A stretch of 48,451 nucleotides of DNA, taken from the NCBI GenBank assembly GCA_035291325.1, contig DATDSK010000036.1, positions 1 to 48,451 on the forward strand, given 5' to 3'. Below are positions 43,559-48,451 of this stretch, one piece after another (the stretch's first letter is position 1; each line of letters opens with the position of its first letter). The stretch is from Bdellovibrionota bacterium. GTDB lineage: Bacteria > Bdellovibrionota > UBA1018. The notes beneath the pieces were generated by a model. It was not told the origin of the DNA, searched no databases, and saw only the letters and a program-made list of their open reading frames with translations. The translations under genes and the position numbers were made by a program.

Positions 43559-43584
43559 TGTCCAAAGGTCTCGCGCTAAGCACA
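43559..43584 (+). repeat. Solo IS481-type terminal inverted repeat (third copy, right-end orientation)
   Basis: TGTCCAAAGGTCTCGCGCTAAGCACA matches the reverse complement of the left IR at 45689-45714 (TGTCCAAAGAACTCGCGCTAAGTACA) at 23 of 26 positions. It also shares the ends and the CTCGCGCTAAG core with the right IR at 46868-46893. No transposase body is attached. Confidence 0.65.
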
Positions 43585-43806
43585 TGTGAGATGGTCAACG
43601 TGCTCGTTCGTCGCGATATACAACCATTGCGCAATGATGGCATTCTTCAAAGGTTAAATGGGTTTCGCCGGGAACTCGCTTTAAAAAACTAATCAGATTT
43701 TTTCGCTCATATCAAAAGTCTCGCGGTGTTTGATCTCGCCACGATCGTTCACTACGACCGCGGTACAGGTTGCAGAATGGGCATCTAATCCGACATAGCT
43801 GGGCAT
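43585..43806 (-). pseudogene. Decayed 5' fragment of an IS110-family transposase gene
   Basis: My minus-strand translation from the ATG at 43806 reads MPSYVGLDAHSATCTAVVVNDRGEIKHRETFDMSEKI*. It continues in a second frame as NLISFLKRVPGETHLTFEE and in a third as QWLYIATNEHVDHLT. These fit the IS110 N-terminal pattern (YVGIDLHS..., ...PG..HL..EEG...WLY...). There are at least two frameshifts, and the fragment is cut off at the solo IR. Confidence 0.55.
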
Positions 43807-44257
43807 GGCAGCGTTCCTTTCGTGTTTAAGGGTTGATTAACTTTCAAACCCCTTATGGCACGGCCGGGTTAATTCCCGGAATGAGGCCCAAAAACAGCTT
43901 GTCATTCGAGGACGTTTACGCCGTCACGTTTGGGACGCTGCTTTCTCTACATTGTCTGGGTTTCAAGATCCACACCCACGGCATCAGCATGGCCGATATT
44001 CTTTGGGACAAGACAATCGAAATCGAATATCCCGTGCCTTTGCGCAAAGGCGTACAGGTCTGCTTGGGTCTTCAGCAACAAAGTTGATTAACTTCGCTCA
44101 AGCATATCAAGACACTCCAAAATAAACCCGCAGAAGGGGTCATCGTGACCGTAGTCGATCGCAAACTATTCCTTTCGAAATACTTTTTGGATTGGTATTC
44201 TAGCTTCTGCCCGGTTGATTGCGCACTCGGGTAAATATAGAAACTTGAGGATTCGCG

Positions 44258-45319
44258 ATGCCAAAAAAGCGCAGGATGACGGTTTCATCCGCAACAAAAC
44301 ATTTCAAAATTTTCATAGTCATCACGCTCATATCTTTCGTGACAGGTTGTTCAAAAAAATCCAACGGCTCTGATGAATCTACTCCCAATGGTTCTACGCT
44401 GGGAAAATTCACATTGGACTTTATAGACAAAACTCAAATCAAAACCAGCGCTTCAAAGATCACTACTACCAATGTGGATGGACTCTATTTTGGCGAACTT
44501 GAAATCGTCGCTTATAACTACCGTCCGGGACAGTCCATTCAGCGCTGGGAACCCAATAATGGGTTTGCAGGAGAAGATTGGAGCTATTGGGTACTGTTAC
44601 AAGCTGGATATGATTCGTCGCGAAACATTGTTCTGAAGCCAGACGAGAGACTAGATATTTCATCTCTCTATGTGCAACTGAATCCGCCAGTTGACCAGAA
44701 TTTCGTAAAAGAAGTTGGTCAATTTTCAATAGATTTTCTTGAAGTCTCGGTATACCGGCCTGGGATTATTTACGACGGCAGCTTTTATTACAACGGCGTC
44801 GTCTCTAACCCTAATCCTCTCTATAAATATCCAGAATGGTCTGGTATTTCACAATATCTATCTCATCCCGGCATAGGGGGGTTTGCAGGGATGCCTGGTC
44901 ACGGTTCGGCCGATGATACGACCCAACGTATTTCAGAATTCAGCATTCTATTTGCGAGAGACGATTGGTTCCCCAGTGCCGTTCTAGTTTATCTAGATAC
45001 ACGTACCTCGATTGCTGGAAGCTCGAGCGCCTTATCGGAGGATCAGTCGAACAAAATTATCAGCTTGGTTTCTCAAACTACACAACGCAGAAATATTGAT
45101 CATCTCCTAATAGTTCCATATTCGTTGGTAACTGTGGCACTTAGCGAAAATGTATTGGGGACAGGGCCGACGGCATCTGCAGCAGCCCAAGTAGCATTCG
45201 ATCTTTCGAATCTGCTCGAGTCTGGATCGACGTTTACAGGCGATACTTCGGTAATAAAATTTAATCGAGATTCGAATAATGTTCCGTTCGGAACGAGTTT
45301 AACTTTTAAATTGCAGTAA
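44258..45319 (+). CDS. Hypothetical lipoprotein
   Basis: It has the signal peptide plus lipobox FIVITLISFVTGC followed by SKKSNGSDEST. GAGGA lies 8 nt upstream of the ATG. I recognised no domain. The region is visibly A+T-richer than its surroundings. Confidence 0.6.
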   Translation: MPKKRRMTVSSATKHFKIFIVITLISFVTGCSKKSNGSDESTPNGSTLGKFTLDFIDKTQIKTSASKITTTNVDGLYFGELEIVAYNYRPGQSIQRWEPNNGFAGEDWSYWVLLQAGYDSSRNIVLKPDERLDISSLYVQLNPPVDQNFVKEVGQFSIDFLEVSVYRPGIIYDGSFYYNGVVSNPNPLYKYPEWSGISQYLSHPGIGGFAGMPGHGSADDTTQRISEFSILFARDDWFPSAVLVYLDTRTSIAGSSSALSEDQSNKIISLVSQTTQRRNIDHLLIVPYSLVTVALSENVLGTGPTASAAAQVAFDLSNLLESGSTFTGDTSVIKFNRDSNNVPFGTSLTFKLQ

Positions 45320-45681
45320 AACTATTGCGCAAGGGCGCCCAGTATCCCTCAGTATCGCAAATCTGCTCTCTCATGGTTGACTGATTTGGATCAGCTCCAA
45401 TCCTACCCGCGTCGACACTGGAACATATACAATTCCAATCACGACAGACACATTTAGCGCAATTCCCGTTTGCTACATAACCGCGCGGGACACGTCCAAG
45501 GCGCCGATTGGCTACTTTAATGCTGCAATCACGACAGGTCAGATCAGTGTTCAATTCCGAGATATTACGAATGGAACAGGCACTCCTGTAGTTGCTCAAA
45601 GATTAGATGTCGCTTTCTATTTGATGTGTATGGGTCCTCGCTAAACGCGTTTCCCCGGAGGTAATCGCCAAATTACTCCGG

Positions 45682-45688
45682 ATTTACC
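45682..45688 (+). repeat. Target-site duplication, left copy (ATTTACC)
   Basis: The identical 7-mer ATTTACC abuts both outer ends of the IS (45682-45688 and 46894-46900). Confidence 0.8.
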
Positions 45689-46893
45689 TGTACTTAGCGC
45701 GAGTTCTTTGGACAGATCCCCCGACTGGCCGACTTGATTACGCGGCCTGAATTTCGGTTGCTTCACTCATCGGCTGCGCCAGCAAATCCTTGAGGGTTTG
45801 CATTGGCGTCCGTCCCTGGCATTTGTACCCGGAGTGGATCCGGCCCGTGTTGTAGTGCTCCAAAAACGAATCCAGGTCTTGCTGTAGCTCGTCCAAGCTC
45901 GTGAAGATTTTCTCGCGGAATACTTTGCCGAAGAATTCGTCTTTCAGTGTGCGGTGGAAGCGCTCTGCAAATCCGTTCGTGTATGGCGACGCCGGCCGGG
46001 TTGTACGATGTTCCACGCCCTGAGCGCCGAGATACAGCTCGAAGAAATGCTGATCTGGTTTTCCGCAGTATTCGCGCCCGCAGTCGGTCAAGATCGTCGC
46101 GAGGTTCACGCCGATGCTGTCGTAAAACGGGATTACGCGCTCGTGGACCAGCGCCACGGAGTGAATCGGCTGCTTCGAGAGGCAAAGCCTGCCAAACCCG
46201 ACGGTGCATGAGCAATCTACGCGGATTGCAGATAAATTTTGCCAATGCCTTTAATTACGGCGACGAGGTATAGGTCCTGCGAAACAAGTTCTCCCGGCTT
46301 GTTGGCTTCGACATGCTGATCCGATGCCTGTTCGAGACGCTTGAGCCGCTGTACGGCTTTCAATGCCTGCTCGGTCATAATCCCACGTCCTTCCGAGACC
46401 TCACGTTCCAGCCACAAATACCGCGATAGTTTGCGAACTAGCCCATTACGTTCCCAGACCTTTCGAACCCCGCCGGGGCTGACGGAAACGCCACTGATCT
46501 GCAGCTGGCCGGAAATTCTGACGTAGGAGTACGCCGGGAACTGCCGGGTCATATCCAGGATCTGGTTGATCGTTTCCTGGGAATACTCGTTCGGCATTCG
46601 TGGCTTGCGCTTCAGTTGCGGTACCAACCCTTCGCGTCCGAACTGCTCGTAGGCCTTTTTGATGTCGTAGAAACTCGACCGCGCGATTCCGGCGACCTTG
46701 CAGGCCTGGGAAATGCTGTCGAGTTTTTCCGCTAGCTGAAGAATGGAAATTTTGGCATCGATAAGACGGTCCTGATTGCTCATGGGTTTTCTCCTCTGGT
46801 TTGTCTTGGTCGACAATCAGAAGATCATGACCCGGGGCAATCAGGCCACTGCTTTTAACGCCCCGCGTGTCCAGTCAACTCGCGCTAAGTACA
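45689..46893 (-). mobile_element. IS481-family insertion sequence, 1205 bp, structurally complete but with a frameshifted transposase
   Basis: The 26-bp terminal inverted repeats are TGTACTTAGCGCGAGTTCTTTGGACA (45689-45714) and TGTCCAGTCAACTCGCGCTAAGTACA (46868-46893), matching at 23/26 in inverted alignment. A 7-bp direct repeat ATTTACC flanks them. A single transposase gene with HTH and DDE (rve) regions fills the interior. Confidence 0.85.
45738..46783 (-). pseudogene. IS481-family DDE transposase interrupted by a 1-nt frameshift near 46217-46225
   Basis: The N-terminal frame (ATG at 46783, GGAGAA RBS) ends ...GELVSQDLYLVAVIKGIGKIYLQSA* at 46217. Shifting one base continues VDCSCTVGFGRLCLSKQPIHSVALVHERVIPFYDSIGVNLATILTDCGREYCG...TNGFAERFHRTLKDEF. 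This restores a continuous IS481-type sequence with the D, D and E residues. The track splits it into 46217..46816 and 45738..46157. Confidence 0.8.
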
Positions 46894-46900
46894 ATTTACC
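46894..46900 (+). repeat. Target-site duplication, right copy (ATTTACC)
   Basis: See the left copy at 45682-45688. Confidence 0.8.
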
Positions 46901-46939
46901 AAATGCGATTGCCAGAAGAGCAAATCACTTCCGATCTTG

Positions 46940-46970
46940 AAAAAACGAAGGCGGGCACGACGTCGCCGCG
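46940..46970 (-). terminator. Possible intrinsic terminator downstream of the WbuB-like GT
   Basis: The minus strand reads GCGGCGACGTCGTGCCCGCC followed by TTCGTTTTTT, a GC-rich imperfect stem and then a T6 run. It starts about 25 nt after the GT stop. The stem pairing is imperfect. Confidence 0.3.
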
Positions 46971-46992
46971 CGCTTTGTCGGCATGCGGAGTC

Positions 46993-48222
46993 TCACTCAC
47001 CTGAAAGCAAGGCTTCCAATCGGTCGAGAAGCCTGCTCGATTCAAAGTTTTGTTTAAAGTATCGCAACGCATTCTCGCTGAATTCCGACCACACGTCAGG
47101 CCCGAGAGCCACCATCTGTTTGACGATTCCGGCGAGAGCCTCTGCGTTTCCACTAGGGCACGTTAAGCCGGCGCCCGCTTCTGAAATGATCCGGTTTCCT
47201 TCGCCATCCAGCGCTGCGAGAATCGGCTTGCCGCAAGCCATGTATGACTGAACCTTGGCGGGAATCGTCACCGAAAAAACAGGGTCCTGCTTGAGCGTTA
47301 CCAGCATCGCATTCGCATGAGAAAAAAGTTCAGGCATCATCTCGAGCGGATATCGTCCGTAAAGCTTCACCGCCCCGCCAAGATTCCTGCGTTTAATCTC
47401 CCGTTCGACCCATTCCTTTTCCCGCCCGTCACCGAAGATCAACCAATAAATATCCGGGTTCTCTCGAAGCCGCTCGGCGGCTCCGAGAATCGTTGCAAAA
47501 TCCTGTGCCGCTCCGATATTGCCGGCAAACATGATCCGAAAACCAGCGGGGAACTCAAACTTTGACGCAAATTCCTGAGATGGCTTCACGGAACAATAGA
47601 GCTTTTCAGCGCTATTCGGAAAATACCGGATCCGATCACGGAGTTTTGCGCCAAGCACTGGATGACCATGAATGATCTTTGCCTCGAAAGCCCGACTTTG
47701 AATCAGAATACGATCGCAATGACGGTAAATCCAATAAGTGAGAGAGCGAACCCACTTAAGGACCACAGGAGAGCGAACAGCCCCCGTTGCAACCAGACTT
47801 TCTGGCCAGAGGTCCTGAACCCAAAATAAGACGGGCGCCCGTTTTATCCATTTCAGAACGACTGCCGGAATTCCAATGGTGATCGGGGATGGCTCGTATA
47901 CAAAGATTGCGTCGAACCGCCCCTTGCACAGAAAAGGTCCAAGGACGCTTGCACTCAAGGCAAACGAAACATAATTCAAAACAAGTTGCCACCCGCGTCC
48001 TTTTCCCCTCGGCACGAGTGGGCAACGCAAGACACGCACTCTATTGTGCTCCTGGCTCAAATTACTGAAATACCCGTAGCCTTCAAAAAATGAGCCCTTT
48101 GGATAATTGGGGAGCCCGGTCAACACCACGATTTCATGGCCTCTTTCGGCCAGGTCATATGCTAACTCATTGATGCGGAAATCTTCCGGCCAAAAATATT
48201 GGGTTAGGAGAAGAATCTTCAT
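46993..48222 (-). CDS. GT4 glycosyltransferase, WbuB/WcaI-like
   Basis: MKILLLTQYFWPEDFRINELAYDLAERGHEIVVLTGLPNYPKGSFFEGYGY is the characteristic WbuB/WcaI-type N-terminus. The C-terminal half is GT-B (IMFAGNIGAAQDF...LIFGDGREKE...). Confidence 0.8.
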   Translation of the reverse strand: MKILLLTQYFWPEDFRINELAYDLAERGHEIVVLTGLPNYPKGSFFEGYGYFSNLSQEHNRVRVLRCPLVPRGKGRGWQLVLNYVSFALSASVLGPFLCKGRFDAIFVYEPSPITIGIPAVVLKWIKRAPVLFWVQDLWPESLVATGAVRSPVVLKWVRSLTYWIYRHCDRILIQSRAFEAKIIHGHPVLGAKLRDRIRYFPNSAEKLYCSVKPSQEFASKFEFPAGFRIMFAGNIGAAQDFATILGAAERLRENPDIYWLIFGDGREKEWVEREIKRRNLGGAVKLYGRYPLEMMPELFSHANAMLVTLKQDPVFSVTIPAKVQSYMACGKPILAALDGEGNRIISEAGAGLTCPSGNAEALAGIVKQMVALGPDVWSEFSENALRYFKQNFESSRLLDRLEALLSGE

Positions 48223-48357
48223 TGGGGGTTCAAAGTTACGTCAACAACGACCAAATTTGAAGTGCATAAGCCGCTTCGGAGGCTAAACTGCCCCCCCTCC
48301 CTCCGGCTTTCCCCCATTTCCCTTGAGTCATCCCCCCTCCTAGAGTAATCATTTTTC
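48223..48357. promoter_or_regulatory. Divergent intergenic region (GT4 leftward, rmlB rightward) containing poly-C tracts
   Basis: It holds C7 (48291-48297), C5 (48311-48315) and C6 (48332-48337). The 9-mer CCCCCCTCC occurs twice (48292-48300 and 48332-48340). Confidence 0.35.
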
Positions 48358-48451
48358 ATGCATTCTTCGCAGTCCAGAACCCTGCTGGTCACCGGCGGGT
48401 GTGGTTTTATTGGCAGTAACTTCGTCCGCCAAAGAACGAAAAAAGGCGAGC
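48358..48451 (+). CDS. rfbB: dTDP-glucose 4,6-dehydratase, first 31 codons (continues beyond the right window edge)
   Basis: My translation reads MHSSQSRTLLVTGGCGFIGSNFVRQRTKKGE. The LVTGGxGFIGSNFVR motif is the RmlB N-terminal signature. It is absent from the ORF track because no stop lies in the window. Confidence 0.7.
   Translation, partial: MHSSQSRTLLVTGGCGFIGSNFVRQRTKKGE

Noticed and set aside
44037-44050. Perfect 14-bp palindrome CCTTTGCGCAAAGG
   Set aside because: A few perfect 14-bp palindromes are expected by chance in 48 kb. It has no loop or T-run and so is not a terminator, and it has no repeated partner site.
43832-44094. 12-bp direct repeat GTTGATTAACTT at 43832-43843 and 44083-44094
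   Set aside because: A 12-mer match within ~250 bp is roughly at chance expectation for a window of this size (my estimate is of order one). No second feature such as inverted ends or a coding fragment supports an element boundary.
43559-45714. Idea that the solo IR and the complete IS form a composite transposon carrying the lipoprotein gene
   Set aside because: The complete IS has its own 7-bp target duplication, which indicates an independent simple insertion. The solo IR also lacks any transposase body. A former composite arrangement cannot be excluded, but the sequence does not support it.
45763-46245. 160-aa minus-strand ORF and plus-strand ORFs 45947..46273 inside the IS element
   Set aside because: They are overlapping alternative frames of the IS481 transposase. 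The transposase reading, with one frameshift, explains the whole interval.
1-48451. Search by eye for CRISPR arrays, tRNA/rRNA genes, long tandem repeats and JUMPStart/ops (GGCGGTAG) elements
   Set aside because: I found no regularly spaced direct repeats, no cloverleaf-like or rRNA-like segments in the few non-coding gaps, and no exact GGCGGTAG or its complement. This scan was manual and could miss degenerate elements.

Overview
The window is almost entirely one large, mosaic Wzx/Wzy-type surface-polysaccharide (O-antigen, capsule or EPS) locus. It holds about 45 tightly packed genes in alternating operons. I recognised no rRNA, tRNA or CRISPR array.

Layout, left to right:
- 1-7.5 kb: ugd (cut by the window edge), lhgO, GT4 glycosyltransferases, two SAM methyltransferases and a divergent MurJ/MviN-like flippase.
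- 7.5-22.3 kb: one ~15 kb minus-strand operon of 14 genes, many joined by ATGA/TTGA/TGATG overlaps. In transcription order it encodes an SDR, a DHQ-synthase-like enzyme, a D-2-hydroxyacid dehydrogenase, a MaoC dehydratase, a B12-binding radical SAM enzyme, an FkbH-like loader, an acyl carrier protein, an MBOAT, a DltD/SGNH-like protein, fused FdtC-FdtA, FdtB, a Wzy/ligase-like protein and two glycosyltransferases.
- 22.4-24.5 kb: a Wzx flippase, then a convergent pair of truncated genes (a deletion scar).
- 24.5-28.9 kb: a minus-strand operon with GT2, a DegT-family aminotransferase, GT4 and a putative sulfotransferase.
- 29.1-35.6 kb: a plus-strand operon with an HpcH/HpaI aldolase, a KdsB/NeuA-like cytidylyltransferase, a methyltransferase, a Gfo/Idh/MocA oxidoreductase, a GmhA-like SIS protein, GT4 and a second Wzy-like protein.
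- 36.1-43.5 kb: a WbpK/V-WbpL-WbpM-like initiation trio followed by a 2-epimerase, an SDR, a cupin and an RmlD-like reductase (a split CapF-like arrangement).
- 43.5-46.9 kb: a mobile-element scar. It contains a solo IS481-type terminal repeat abutting a decayed IS110-family fragment, an orphan lipoprotein gene, and a complete IS481-family element with 26-bp inverted repeats, a 7-bp target duplication and a frameshifted transposase.
- 46.9-48.45 kb: a WbuB/WcaI-like GT4 and the first codons of rmlB.

The most unusual content, in my judgement:
- A Dlt-like ACP-MBOAT-DltD cassette whose loader is an FkbH-type enzyme rather than a DltA ligase, preceded by five tailoring enzymes.
- An aldolase-based putative CMP-ulosonic-acid module with no NeuB/KdsA-type synthase.

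Method notes: the supplied ORF track uses TTG/GTG as well as ATG starts. I trimmed several long N-terminal extensions to ATG codons that overlap or abut the upstream stop. All functional calls come from motif and family recognition by eye. No database search was run.
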